Assembly (NCBI RefSeq): GCF_963921235.1
Contig: NC_086097.1
Span: 63,304,001-63,368,000 of the forward strand
DNA length: 64,000 nucleotides
Reading direction: 5' to 3'
Source of the DNA: Mobula hypostoma
Lineage: Eukaryota
Positions 1-12,611 of this stretch are shown in pieces. Each line of letters opens with the position of its first letter. Positions within the stretch are counted from its first letter, which is position 1. Below the pieces are notes generated by a model that worked only from the letters and a program-made list of their open reading frames with translations, was not told the origin of the DNA and did no database searches. The position numbers and the translations under genes are program-made.

Positions 1-996
1 CATCCTAAAATCTACATTCTTGAAACTTTGGGTATTATATTAAATCTGTTATTCGATGAAAAGCAGTTTTAAAATATTTGAGTTATAACTTATGATGATC
101 TCAAGAGTATTTATTCCCAAAGGAAAAATAAGTTTAGACAGCAAATTAAAGGCATTTATGAGTATCCATTTATCACAATGCCATTCTTTAGCAACAGAGC
201 CAAGAAAGTGCTACCAACCCTGAATCTTTAGAGTTTCCTTTTTCTATAATCAAGCATGGATCTCCATGGCTGACTTGTTCACTTACAATGTTGCAGCAAC
301 TGGGAAAAACAAATAAATTCTTTATTCATTTCTTGCCTTGTGTGACGGACACTCCTTAAATAAGTGCATATCTCAAGGATTTTTCCTGACATCTATTACT
401 TTATATTTTGCTACATTGAAGTCCATCTACTTATTCATTAAGTTACTCCAAATCTCTGAACATCATCGCCCACATCCATATTAATCACCTGGTTATACAG
501 CTGAGTAATGAATAAAAGAATTTGGTGAATCAACTTTAGAAATTGTGCTTACACAAGATAAGACTGCAGAGTTCCCTAGTTATCTGAATTCATTTTTTGT
601 CTGTCATTATTCATCTCTAGCAGGTTGCCTATAATACCTTGAAATGTGACTTGCTCAATATGACGTTCAGTAATCTTTCCCTATGAGTTTTGTAATGTCA
701 AATCTATGCTTTATAATCATCCTTGAGATCCTTGAGTTGCATTATGACCTCAAGAAGTATTTGAGAGTACTTGAAGTTTATCAGAAAAGATGTTAAGGCA
801 TAGCTTCAATTGTGTGAAAGTATATAATGAAAATATCATAGAACTGCAGAGGCTACAAGATATACATCTGTTGCATTGCCTTTCATCCATTTCTCAGTCA
901 CAATTTTAAGCAGGGGCTGTAAGAAACGGATTGGTTATATGCTGTTTCTACGAGATTGGTCCTCTGTTAGATGTCACTAACCTGACAAGATTAGAC

Positions 997-1373
997 ATTC
1001 TTTCTCTCACTCTCCTTTTTCTCCCCCTGTCCCTCTGAATATACCTCTTGCCCATCCTCTGGGTCACCCCCCCTGTCTTTCTTCCCGGACCTCCTGTCCC
1101 ATGATCCTCTCGTATCCCCTTCTGCCTATCACCTGTCCAGCTCTCGGCTCCATCCCTCCCCCTCCTGTCTTCTCCTATCATTTTGCATCTCCCCCTCCCC
1201 CTCCAGCTTTCAAATCCCTTACTCACTCTTCCTTCAGTTAGTCCTGACGAAGGGTCTCGGCCTGAAACGTCGACTGCGCTTCTTCCTATAGATGCTGCCT
1301 GGCCTGCTGCGTTCACCAGCAACTTTGATGTATGTTGCTTGAATTTCCAGCATCTGCAGAATTCCTGTTGTTT
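997..1373 (+). mobile_element. Penelope-like element 3' non-coding fragment (pseudo-LTR/tail)
   Basis: Pyrimidine-rich tract, hammerhead motif and ...gatgctgcctggcctgctg...cagcatctgcaga tail, shared with the Penelope copies at 12.6-15.0 kb and 62-64 kb; 10-bp TSD aagattagac at 987-996 and 1374-1383. Confidence 0.85.
1240..1275 (+). ncRNA. Minimal type I hammerhead ribozyme motif (Penelope-associated)
   Basis: agtc-CTGACGA-agg(gtctcgg)cct-GAAA-cg-TC-gact: stem I agtc/gact, intact core, stem II agg/cct, palindromic ACGT in place of stem III. Confidence 0.75.
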
Positions 1374-2255
1374 AAGATTAGACCGAGCCTGATATTGGGA
1401 CACAACCCTCATTTGTATCAGATAATCTGTTGGTAAATGAACTATCCACACACCTAATTTCTCCATTTAAAATGGTGAAATTTACATCACTTATCTCACT
1501 GTCAGTATTACTAAGGAAAGTTCTGGAAGAAATACATTGAGTAACAATTGATAAGGACCAGAAGTGAGCATAAGAGAATGTTTCCTGTCTCTAGAATACC
1601 TGCATTAATATATACAGTATGTTTTTCATGGTGTCTACACAGGATGCAGAAAACACTTAAAATATTTAGAAATCTTAATACTCATAGTTTCAAATGGATG
1701 TAGGTTCACTTCCCTGACATCTTGCACCTTGCATTACTGTAAACTTCTTTGTTCCTTTGAAATCATTTTTCTCACCATGATTCATCCTTCAGTTGCTAGA
1801 AGAGCTAATACAACTGTTGGCATTCTTCAGTGATCTCCCTGTTCTGGAGCACATTTCTGACCAGTGTTATATTTTCAAAGGTGCTTCGTAAGATGGAAGT
1901 TAAACTGAGCTGTGTTCTGTTTTCTTGGGCATTTGTAAACAAATAGAAGTGCATTATTGAATATGCTGCATTGGATTTGTCATTGTTTCCTACCCTAGCC
2001 TAATTAATATTTAAGAATAGCATTGAAGTTGTGTATTTGATCCTCTCAGCTTTGATGGAACAACTCTTAATCCCCAGATAAGGCAAACCCCATCAAATGC
2101 AAGTTCATCCCAGCACGGGTGAAATGGGGGAACTGGGATCTCTGCTGTACATTCCAGCCATGGAGACCTGAGACAGTGTGGGATCTTTTCTGGTTTCCCT
2201 TTGATTCATCTCTGCCATACTAGGGAGACTTTCTGTAGTAAACATGGGGTATAAC

Positions 2256-2350
2256 TGTTGGAACCCTCTGTTTTAAATACATTTTATAAGATATTAGATG
2301 AATTATTGCAAGACTGAAGTTGTAGTTTAATCATTTGTGTTTTTACAAAA
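2256..2350 (+). repeat. Truncated ERV LTR copy
   Basis: Starts TGTTGGAA; aligns with the start of the LTR at 3790; cut by a CR1 fragment. Confidence 0.7.
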
Positions 2351-2369
2351 GTTGTAAGTTAATCATCTG

Positions 2370-3098
2370 AGGTGCAGAGGGACTTAGTCCGCATGCAAGA
2401 CTCCCAGAAGGTTAATTTACAGGTTGAGTCTGTGGTAAAGAAGGAAAAAGAAATGTTGACATTTATTTCAAGGGGAATAGAATATAAATACAAGGAGATA
2501 ATGCTGAGACTTTATAAGACACTAGACAGACTGCACTTGGAGTATTGTCAACAGTTTTGAGCCCCATTATCTCAGAAAGAATGTGTTGTCATTAGAGCAA
2601 GGTCAGAGGAGGTTCACATGGATGATTCTGGAAATGAAGGAGTTAACATATGAGGAGCATTTGGCAGCTTTGGGCCGGTACTCTCTGGAACTTAGAAGAA
2701 TGCAGGAGGATCTCATTGCAACCTACCGCATGTTGAAAAGTATAGATAAGGTGGACGTGGGAGAGGATGTTTCCTATGGTGGAGGTATCCAGAACTTGAG
2801 GGAACAGCCTCAAAACTGAGGGGTGACCTTTAAGAACAGAGGTAAAGAGGAATTTTTTTAGCCAGAGAATTGTGAATCTGTGGAATGCTCTGCCACAGAC
2901 TGTGGGGGAAGTCAAGTCCATGGGTATATTTAAAGCAGAAGTTCATAGTTTCCTGATTGGTCAGAGCATCAAAGGATATGGTGAGAATGTAGGTGTATGG
3001 GGTGGAGTGGGATCTGGGATCAGCCATGATGGAGTGGTGGAGCAGACTCAATGGGCTGAATGGCCTAATTCTGCTCCTATGTCTTATGGTGTTATGGT
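2370..3098 (+). mobile_element. CR1 LINE 3' fragment
   Basis: RGIEYK..MLRLYKTL.R.HLEYC, LWNALPQ motifs; CR1 3' UTR and tatgg-type tail repeats. Confidence 0.9.
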
Positions 3099-3249
3099 TT
3101 AAGCAGTGCTTATACATCTCTCTCACGTAATTAGCTGGGATCCTCTTGTACAGGCTTTGTCTTCCCTGCCATGTGTCACACACACACCTTACCTGCACCT
3201 CCCAAGTCTAGATATAAAAGAAGCATTTCAGAAGAAGAAAGCTTTACAG

Positions 3250-3705
3250 CCATCCTATTTCCATTCCATATGGTGTTGCAAGGAGTATAAGGAAGATCAG
3301 AAAGATTCTCCAAGCATTAGAAAAGGTGAGCAATGACACAGCTGATGCCTTGAACGAGGTAACAACAGAAACGATTGTCATGAACAAAATGGTTCTTCAG
3401 AATCGTATGACATTAGACCTTATCTCAGCAGTTAAGGCAAGGAATGTTGAAACTACATATCTGATAACACCAAAGACATAACTGATTTGGCCAATCACAT
3501 TCATAAGGAAGCTGCTAAGGTATGTCAAACTGATAAATGGAATCTCTTTGATTGGATTCATGTCAGTCTGGGGAACTGGGGTTACTCAATATTCAAAGTC
3601 ATCATATTCATGTTAATATGCAGTATCATGATCTACATCTTTGTGTCTGTTTATTACCAGAACAGCACAAACTCGTGTAAGCATTCCAAATGTATCCAAT
3701 CATGA
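3250..3705 (+). pseudogene. env: Endogenous retrovirus env transmembrane-subunit remnant
   Basis: Translates ALEKVSNDTADALNEVTTETIVMNKMVLQNRMTLDL (heptad plus LQNRxxLD immunosuppressive motif), then after a frameshift WNLFDW..GNWGYSIFKVIIFMLICSIMIYIFV (membrane anchor); followed by PPT and LTR. Confidence 0.85.
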
Positions 3706-3789
3706 TGCTATACTATAAATGCTTTGAGAAATAACATCTGAATTTTCAGATGTGATTCTGCCAGGGTCCCTTATCGAATCAAAGGGGAC

Positions 3790-4283
3790 TGTTGGAAACT
3801 GCTGTGTTTTTAAATACTTTTTATAAGATATTAGATGAAGTAGCGTAAGAATAAAATTGTAGTTTAATCATTTGTACTTTTTAACAAACATGTATTTTTC
3901 ACAGTATGTGGTGGTTCATCCCCACTTACTGGCAGAAGGTGGTATAGCAGTTAAACTAATGGTTTATCACCTTTCTCACTTTTCGTTGGCTAAGTGTTAG
4001 CACACTACCCATGTGATGTAACTGTGCAACCAGTGACTGGTTTATTTTTATCTAAGGAATTTCTCTGATCTTGATTATAAAGGGGATAGATGTTTCAGAG
4101 GTGCCATCTTTTTATTTTCACCTTCTTTGCTTCTCATTCATCTCTGCTTTGTTTCTCAGCTCTTTACTGAGTTTTCTTAGTATTTTTATGTTTGTTTAAA
4201 CTTCAAAATAAATGATCATTAAGGATTAAGACTGCTCAGCATTCTAAACCTCTGGAAGAACCCTAAGGATCAGAAACTTAACA
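3790..4283 (+). repeat. ERV 3' LTR
   Basis: PPT aaaggggac directly before TGTTGGAA; TATAAAA about 4076, AATAAA about 4207; ends ttaaCA (end approximate). Confidence 0.7.
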
Positions 4284-4619
4284 GATCCAACATGACCAAA
4301 GAAAATATGACAAGAGTCACTTAACACTTTAGCGCAAGGGTGTTTATTAGGAGTGTCAAAAATTAGTGAAAATATTGAAAGAAAATTACAAAATGATATC
4401 TACCATAAAACACAATTAATAGCTGCGTATTCATTCTTGTCCATTGTGAACTCCTGGCAGCCCCTATCCCTCTCTCATACTGAGGGCAAATAGCTCTTTT
4501 TTTTAGGCACCAGGGCATCCCATCTTTAATTACCAACAAAATTAACTTAAGACTGAACACGAATTAGAATATGATGCACCCCGACAATCATCTTACAAAA
4601 TAATCAGAAGTATCTACCT

Positions 4620-5525
4620 TAAAGCTGGGTGGCAGTGTGAAATGTGAGGAGGATGTTATGAGAATGCAGGGTGACTTGGACAGGTTGGGTGAGTAGGCAG
4701 ATGCAGTTTAATGTGGATAAGTGTGAGGTTATCCACTTTGGTGGCAAGAAGAAGAAGGCAGATTACTATCTGAATGGTGTCAAGTTAGGAAAAGGGGAAG
4801 TACAACGTGATCTAGGTGTCCTTGTTCATCAGTCACTGAAAGTAAGCATATAGGTACAACAGGCAGTGAAGAAAGCTAATGGCATGTTGGCATTCATAAC
4901 AAGGGGAGTTGAGTATAGGAGCAAAGAAGTCCTTCTGCAGTTGTACAAGGCCCTGGTGAGACCCCACCTGGAATATTGTGTGCAGTTTTGGTCTCCAAAT
5001 TTGAAGAAGGACATTCTTGCTATGGAGGGAGTGCAGTGTAGGTTCACTGGGTTAATTCCAGGGATGGCAGGAATGTCATATTTTGAAAGATTGGAGCGAC
5101 TGGCCTTGTATACACTGGAATTTAGAAGGATGAGAGGGGATCTGATTGAAGCATATACGATTATTAAGGGATTGGACACGCTAGAGGCAGGAAACATGTT
5201 CCCGATGTTGGGGGAGTCCAGAACCAGAGGCCACAGTTTAAGAATAAGGGGTAGACCATTTAGAAAGAGTTGAGGAAAAACTTTTTCACACAGAGGGTTG
5301 TGGATCTGTGAAATGCTCTGCCTCAGAAGGCAGTGGAGGCCAATTCTCTGGATTCTTTCAAGAAAGAGTTAGATAGAGCTCTTAAAGATAGTGGAGTCAA
5401 GGGATATGGGAAGAAGACAGGAACGGGGTACTGATTGTGGATGATCAGCCATGATCACAGTGAATGGCAATGCTGGCTCGAAGGCCCAAATGGCCTACTC
5501 CTGCACCTATTGTCTATTGTCTATT
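4620..5525 (+). mobile_element. CR1 LINE 3' fragment
   Basis: QMQFNVDKCEVIHFG, KKANGMLAFITRG, VRPHLEYCVQFWSP; (ctattgt)n tail. Confidence 0.92.
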
Positions 5526-5949
5526 AAATACAGCACACATACGCATCCCCATTTCTAAAGAAATAGAATATTCCATCGTGTATTGTGGGAAAGGCACCAT
5601 GAAGCCAAACAAAGCTCATCAGTTCAGTTTCGGACACAGTGGACTGCCATGAAATAACAGAACGCTCAACACAATCGACACTTACAGTTAGTACAAATAT
5701 GGAATGAAATTAAGCTAAACTTTGATGTCTGACTCTGATTGCATGCAGCAATGCAGAGGGAAACCAGTGGGTATACCAGGGAAGACATTGAAGTGTGTAC
5801 ACTCACAGCAATGACAGCAGAATAACAAGGCAACATTTGTGTGTGTGAGTAAACGCGTATGTATAAGGCATGCATTTTACTGAATGCTTTCGGTCACAAT
5901 TTTGATTAGCATTAGGGAGAATATGTCCAAGGGTAAACAGGGAAATAGA

Positions 5950-6879
5950 TCAGCATTTCCATGATTAATCATCCTCTCAATTTTGATCTTGTAATTGAGT
6001 CCTCCCAAGAAACAGAGCCCATATCTGTGTTCATGCTGCTGCTGTTAGTAGAACACCTTTCTGTAGATTGAAAATGGACACTAGTAATTGATGATCAGTA
6101 AGGAGGGTAAACTCTGTCCCATGCAAGTACTGGTTGAAATGTTTTTCAAACCATATTCAAGGTCTCTCTGTCAATCTGTGTGTAATTTTTCTTTGCAACA
6201 GTAAGAGAATGTGATACAAAGGCTATTGGGTGTCCGCTTCCTTTACTGTGACACATATCCATAGCTTCACTAGACAATGTGGATCATAACATGAGAGTAC
6301 TGTGTCTGACACCAACATTTCCTTTGTCTTTTGGAAAGTCACCTCACACTGGCCCATTGCCATTTCTGTCCAATCTGTAGTAATGAGTTCAAGGGGTGGA
6401 GCACAGTAGCCAGGTTTGGCAGGAACCTATTATAGTAATTGATAAATCCTTTTGCCTTGGGGCATCCACCATGGCTTGAATTTTCTCAGCACACTTGTGT
6501 AAATCCTGAATGTTGTGACCACAAACAGTGCCACTTGGTTTAACGAATTCACACTTGTCACATCATGCTCTGAGCTCATAATCTTCTAATCTATTTAATA
6601 CTGTCTTGAGATTTTGGAGATGTTCCATGTCATCCTCACTGGTAATAATGATGTCATCCAGGTAACACTGAGCTCCTGGGCACCTGGTCCATAGCTTTCT
6701 GCCAGAGTGCTGGTGCAGATGCTACTCCTAAAATAAGCCTATTATGGTGATAAAGCCATTTGTGAGTGTTAATGGTGAGAAACACTTTGGTCTTTTCTTC
6801 TGTCTCCATCTGTATGTAGGCCTCAGCTAAATCCATTTTGCTGAAGAGTTTTCCTCCAGCAAGGTTTGTAAAGATATCC
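5950..6879 (-). mobile_element. Decayed Ty3/gypsy pol fragment (RT/RNase H)
   Basis: DLAEAYIQM..LTINTHK.LY..NRL..GVASAPALWQKAMDQV, YLDD remnant, downstream RNase H remnants. Confidence 0.8.
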
Positions 6880-7614
6880 TGTCACGGTGTGCACCGGCAA
6901 ACGACTGAACCCAGGTGTAGAGGAACGTCAGACTCCCATGTAGAGACAGATACAAATTCCAGCAGAACATTGGTGGTTTGACCGAGCAAAACTGCAAGAT
7001 GATTCATTCTTGAAATAGAAGGACCCTGCAATAATTGCGAATCGGGAGTCCACTCACTCACTTTGCACATTTCCAAAGGCTTTCAGGTTTACAAAATATG
7101 GGCACTTTACCAAGTCCAATTTTATCCTGTACATTTTACAGAACCATTTATCTTACTGTATCATATGTTAACCAAACTCCCTATTTGATCGAATTTTAAA
7201 TTTGAAGACAATTTCTCAGTAGCAATTTTCTTAATTATACATGGCACATTAATCACAGTTTTGACATTCCTGGGGCCTGAATGCAGACAGATGGAACAAA
7301 TATCTTTAAAGGCCTACACATCTGACTAGTATCAGTCAAGCGGTCAAAGGGATAGAGCATCAAACAGCTTATTAATCAATTCAAGATTAGCAAACCCATT
7401 CACATCAAAGCAACAGTGAGTAAAATTCTTGAAATCAAATAGATGAAGTAGGGAGAACTAATTTGAGAAAAATGTGTCAGATGGATTGGTAAGACAAAGT
7501 TAAAAGAGTGACTTGCTTTGCATTCAGCCTAGCTACTTAGACAGAGTGACTGAAAAAGGAGAAAAGTCTTCCAGTTCCCCATTATCAGTGTTCAGCACCA
7601 AAATCATCTCAGCT

Positions 7615-8090
7615 TCAGGATTCGGGATTCAGGATTGTTTAATGTCATCTCCAGTACACAAGTGTAAAGGAGAACAAAATAATAATTACTCTGGATCCAA
7701 TGCAGCTCAAAAAAGGAACACAATAATAATAAAAGACAATCATAAATATAAATACATAAGATAGGTTATATACATGGATTGATTGTACGTCCATAGAGTG
7801 ATGTTATGCTGTATATGAGGTGACTGACAGGAAGTAATAATGTCGTGGTGGCATTAGTAGATGGAGGGGTTAATCAGCCTTACTGCTTGTGCAAAGTAAC
7901 TGTTTTTGAGTCTGCCGGTCCTGGTGTGAATGCTATATAGCCTCCTCCCAGATGAGAGTGGGGCAAACGGTCCTTGACCAGGGTGGGTGGGATCCATCAT
8001 GATGTTGTTGGCCCTTTCCCAGCACCTTTCTCTACAGATGGTGGGTATGCTGGTGCCGGTGATTACCCATTGTGGAAACTTCCTGTCCAG
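7615..8090 (-). mobile_element. Rex1/Babar-type LINE 3' fragment
   Basis: Encodes LPSGRRL...LKNSYF-like C-terminus; short tandem tail; similar to other copies in the window. Confidence 0.65.
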
Positions 8091-9135
8091 TGTAGTGCAG
8101 CTTTTCTCAGTACAAAAACAAGTTTTAATTATCTGTATTCAGTGTATTTTCATTGCAATAGCTACTTCCAAAGCTGAGAAGCAGACTGAATGATCAAAGA
8201 AAACAAGGACTTAAAATAGCTTGTAAATGAATAACCCAATACTGTCTAGAAAATCTGACGCGTTACTGCTTTTCTCAATACCATACATATCAAAATCATA
8301 TTTTCTTAGACTGAAATGCAATAGCAACTACCACATGCACTGTTCTAAAATTTTGACTGGTACTTTCAGTGTCAGTTTACCTTCACAGCCTGTCACAATG
8401 CCTGAATCAGTCGCACTGATGTGATGCCATTCCCAGGGTAGCACTCCTTTTGCGGCATTGTAGGAACCATTATATCATGCAAGTAACCATTGGTGCGAGC
8501 TCCTGGAATGCTAAGGGCTTTAGAAAGTAAAGGTGGATTTGGATTCCATGTAGGTAAGTCCTGTGCTTACCTATACTCCAAATCCTCCACCATCTGTGCA
8601 CATTGACCCTCCTGTTGGCCAAGATCCATGGCCCTCTAGTTGGCTGGGGACCATATTGGATTACCACTACTGCAACTTAACCTGATCACCAATGCCATTT
8701 TCTCCCAGCCTTTTTCCATCATCCAACCACAACCCCCCACCCCACCCCCCTTGCTTTGGTGATTGCCAGCCACCTCTTTGGCCCTACCCCTGTTTTCAGA
8801 TTGCTATCTCTGCTGCCACTCACCTAATCATAAAGCCAGCCTGAACCCAATCAACAGAGAGATCCTCAAGCCAAAGCACCACAGTATTCAAAGCTATAAA
8901 TGTATGACCTTTTCAGCATTGCCCAACATTTGCATTTTGACAGTTGCCCAACCTGGTCTTTGAGACCCTACTGTTCACTTACTGCTCCAGAAGTTCCTGT
9001 TCATATGCACAGTTTACAAAGAGTTATTGCATTGAGCATACTACATATTGATAACGCAAAATGCCTCAAAATACAACAGATACGACAAAATACTTCTAAG
9101 ACATGTTGCATATATATCAGTCCATGACTGGATAT

Positions 9136-9762
9136 TAGATTATGAAGACACGCAGTCCTCTTTTATTGTCATTTAGTAATGCATGCATTAAGAAATGATA
9201 CAATATTTCCTCTGGTGTGATATCACAAAACACAGGACAGACCAAGACTGAAAAAAACTAACAAAACCACATAATTATAACATATAGTTACGACAGTGCA
9301 ACAATACCATAACTTGATGAGGACCGGTCCATGAGCACAGTAAAAAAGTTCAAAGTCTCTCAAATGTCCCACATCTCACGCAGACGGGAGAAGCAAGAAA
9401 AACTCTCCCTGCCATGCCCGACCACAGTCCGACTCTGAGTCGTCCGGAAACTTCAAGCCTCCGATCAGCTCTCCAACACCGAGTACCGAGGACCATCTCT
9501 GTCCGAGCGATTCGACCTCAATTTCGGTCGCCAACAGCAGGCAAAGCCGGGGATTTTGAGGCCTTCCCTCCGGAAGAGTCTCGATCACACAGTAACAACA
9601 TCAGTGAACTTGCGTTTCAGAAATTTCTCCAGTTGTTCCTCTGTGCATTCATGTCTGTCTCCATCAAATCAGAATTGTCTATGGCCCATACATAACAGAT
9701 ACGATATCATTTTCACCGGAGGACTGCGCATGCGCGGCGCGCTGCTATCTTCTCCTCCCGCC
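9136..9762 (-). mobile_element. Non-coding, CpG-rich retroposon-like insertion
   Basis: Sharp GC/CpG-rich segment; minus-strand 5' end ggcgggaggagaagatagcagcgcgccGCGCATGCGC; 3' AATAAA-like signal then LINE-like tail; no coding homology seen. Confidence 0.55.
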
Positions 9763-10664
9763 AATAGAGGATATCATTTCACTCTAGAGGATAGACTTAT
9801 AATTTTGCCTGTGATAGACACAATTAGAACACATATTGTAGTGAAATAACAATTATCAAAACTTACAGTTAGTACCAGAAAATCTGATATATGAGTCACT
9901 TCATCAATTAATTCTACCCACATAGGAGAAGATTGAGTTCAGTGTGATTATTTTTCATTTGCCTCAGTGCAACTAACTGGCTCAAGGAATTCATCAGCAG
10001 CTTTTCATCGCCAGTTGGTGATGTAGGGTACACGCTACTGGCAAAAACAAATAGAAGTATAGCTGTTCAATATATTTTAAATTTGATTTTTCTCCCTATG
10101 GAGAGCAGAATGGTCATCTAAATTCCATTTCTGTTTAACCACCACAAAGATCTATTTTTATAGCATCTAATTTAAAAACTCTCCTGGGTTGACATTTCTG
10201 GATTTCCTTCTGCAATATTTTTGTGGGTTTTCATCAAGTTCACTTTATCTTTCTTGTCAATGGAATAATGCTGCGTTAAAAAGGAAAGTTGAACTACTAA
10301 GATGTGAAGTGTATGGCGGAGATGTTTGGTCCTGCGCCTGCTCTTTGCGCAAAGTGAGTGGCGCCTTCTTGTCCACAGCTGTGAAGAGTGAACGTGGGAT
10401 TTACTGGAAGCTGGGGCTCATGCCCATTCACTGCCATATTAAGCTCAAAGTGTCAAATTAGACATCCAGATGTAATTTCTAATCAGCAGGGAAGTAAACA
10501 GCAGGTGTTGTGTCGGAGGTCTGGTCCAGATACTTAGATCACATGCAGATCCAGGGTGAGGTCGACAGAAAGAAGTCAGAGGGTGTAAGTCCAGGGCTGA
10601 TTTGCAAATTGGAGATCTGTGGCTAGTGATGTGCCTCCTGCTGTTGATGTAGTTAACACCTGGT

Positions 10665-11625
10665 TGCTGTAAGTAGCATGACCAGAAACTTTGTGGATGA
10701 TACCAAAGTTGGCCATATAGTGGATAGTGAAGAAGATTTTCTTTGGATATCACAGCTCAAGGTGATCTGGGAGAGACGGCAAAACAAATTGCAGATCAAA
10801 TCTAATCAGACAAGTGCGAAGTGATGTGCTTTGGGAAGTTAAACCAAGGCTGCTGCAAAACAACAAATTTCACGACATATATCAGTGGTATTGGACCTGA
10901 CTCTAGTCCAGGTTCTGCAGGGCTCAGACACAGAAGGGCCCTGGGAGTGTTACAGAACAGAGAGATCTTGAGGTACAAGTACTTGGATCCCTGAAAGTAG
11001 CAAAGAAGTGATATGACACACTTGCCTTCACTGGAGAGCACTGAGTACAAGAACTGGGACATTATGTTCCTGCTGTACAGGACATTGGTGAGACTGTGCA
11101 TGGAAAACTACATGTACTGCTGACTGCCAGACCTTTGAAAGGATGTGACTAGGCTCGAGAAGGTGCAGAAAAGATTCGCAAAGATGTTTCAAGGACTGGA
11201 GGTTTGAGTTATAAGGAAAGACTGGATGGGTGGGAATGTTTTCCCTGGAGTAAAGGAGAATGAGAGGTGATCCTATAGAGGCTTATAAAATCATCAGGGG
11301 CATAGATAAGGTCACAGTCTTCTCCTAAGGGTAGTGGAGTCTGAAACTAGAGGACATAGGTTTAAGCTGAAACTGGAAAGATTATAAGGAGATGTGAGAG
11401 GTAGTTTTTTTTTACACAGAGTGTGGTGGATATATGGAATGAGCTGTCAGAGGAAGTGGTAGAACTGTGCACGATAACATCATTTAAAAGCCCATTGATC
11501 AGGAACGTGGATAGAAGGGATATGGATCAAAGTCAGGGAAATGGGACGAGCTCAAGTAGACATTTTGGTTAACATGGATGAGTTGGACCGAAGACCCTGT
11601 TTCCATTGTTGTTTAATTCTATGAC
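10665..11625 (+). mobile_element. CR1 LINE 3' fragment (old)
   Basis: FVDDTK, DKCEVMCFG, LYRTLVR remnants; tctatgact tail. Confidence 0.85.
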
Positions 11626-12611
11626 TGAGTATCAGCTGTGTGGAAAAAGGATCAGGGCAAGGCATCACCCAGAGCATTGGTCTAGACCTATAGATAAACA
11701 AATAATGGTATAAACAAAATAATCAGGATTATTGAACAATTGTACACTTTTTACCTTCATGCTAATTTTCATGAGAAAATTCTGAGTAGGTTAGGCAACT
11801 TGTAAAAAGAGAGAGCTAACATTGCCATTCAAAGGCTTTTCATCAGAAATTTCCACAGATGCTGACTATCCTGAGGAGTGTTTTCTTCCTTCTGATTTCT
11901 TTTAATTTCAGATTTCCAACATCTGCAGGGTTTTTTTGTTTGATTATTTCCAATTCCCAGTGAGTGACTAGAATTAAGGAAGCATGAACATGGAAGGCAC
12001 AGACTGCACTGGCAGATAATGTGATGCAGCAGAGGGTACAGAACATGCCAGCAGTCAAGAGAACAGAGGAGTCCACTTAAAGCCAGCTTTTGTTTCCAGA
12101 CTCACCCAGCTGTACATTTTAGCATTCCTTCACCAGAAACAACAATATTATTAAAGAGATTAATTTAATTTGGATAAAAATAGAATAGAAAAACTAACAG
12201 CCAGAAAACTATTGCTGGGGTATACAAGGATCCTAGAAGTACAGAATCTGAGAATATTTCTTTACCCAGAGTAAGTTTGCAAACTGACCTTGAGAGAGGA
12301 TATTGAAACACTTTAGCACTTTTATTATTTTTTGGAGTCTAACAAGTCTCTGTAGACAATAAAGGGTTGAAAACTGATGGAAACAGAGGTCTGAGCTTTC
12401 CTTGTATAACCTGCACCTCACCACCCAGTCCCACAAGAACTTACCCGAGTTCAGAGAATCAAGTCCCTTCAACCTAAAGTGTGAAACAGAATTGTATAAC
12501 CTGGTGATTTGTCGACCAGCGCAGAAAAATAAACAACCTTAAGAGCTGACATTCAATTTTCCACTTCAAATTAATCACATAATGTACAAAGGTCATGCAA
12601 TATGTATTGGA

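Noticed and set aside
948..1466. 172-aa ORF and similar Pro/Ser- or Gly/Arg-rich ORFs at 14.6, 17.4-18.0 and 63.7 kb
   Set aside because: Low-complexity or antisense frames of Penelope sequence
6880..7065. LTR-like segment starting TGTCACGG that truncates the gypsy fragment
   Set aside because: No matching CA end, TSD or second copy found, so not callable
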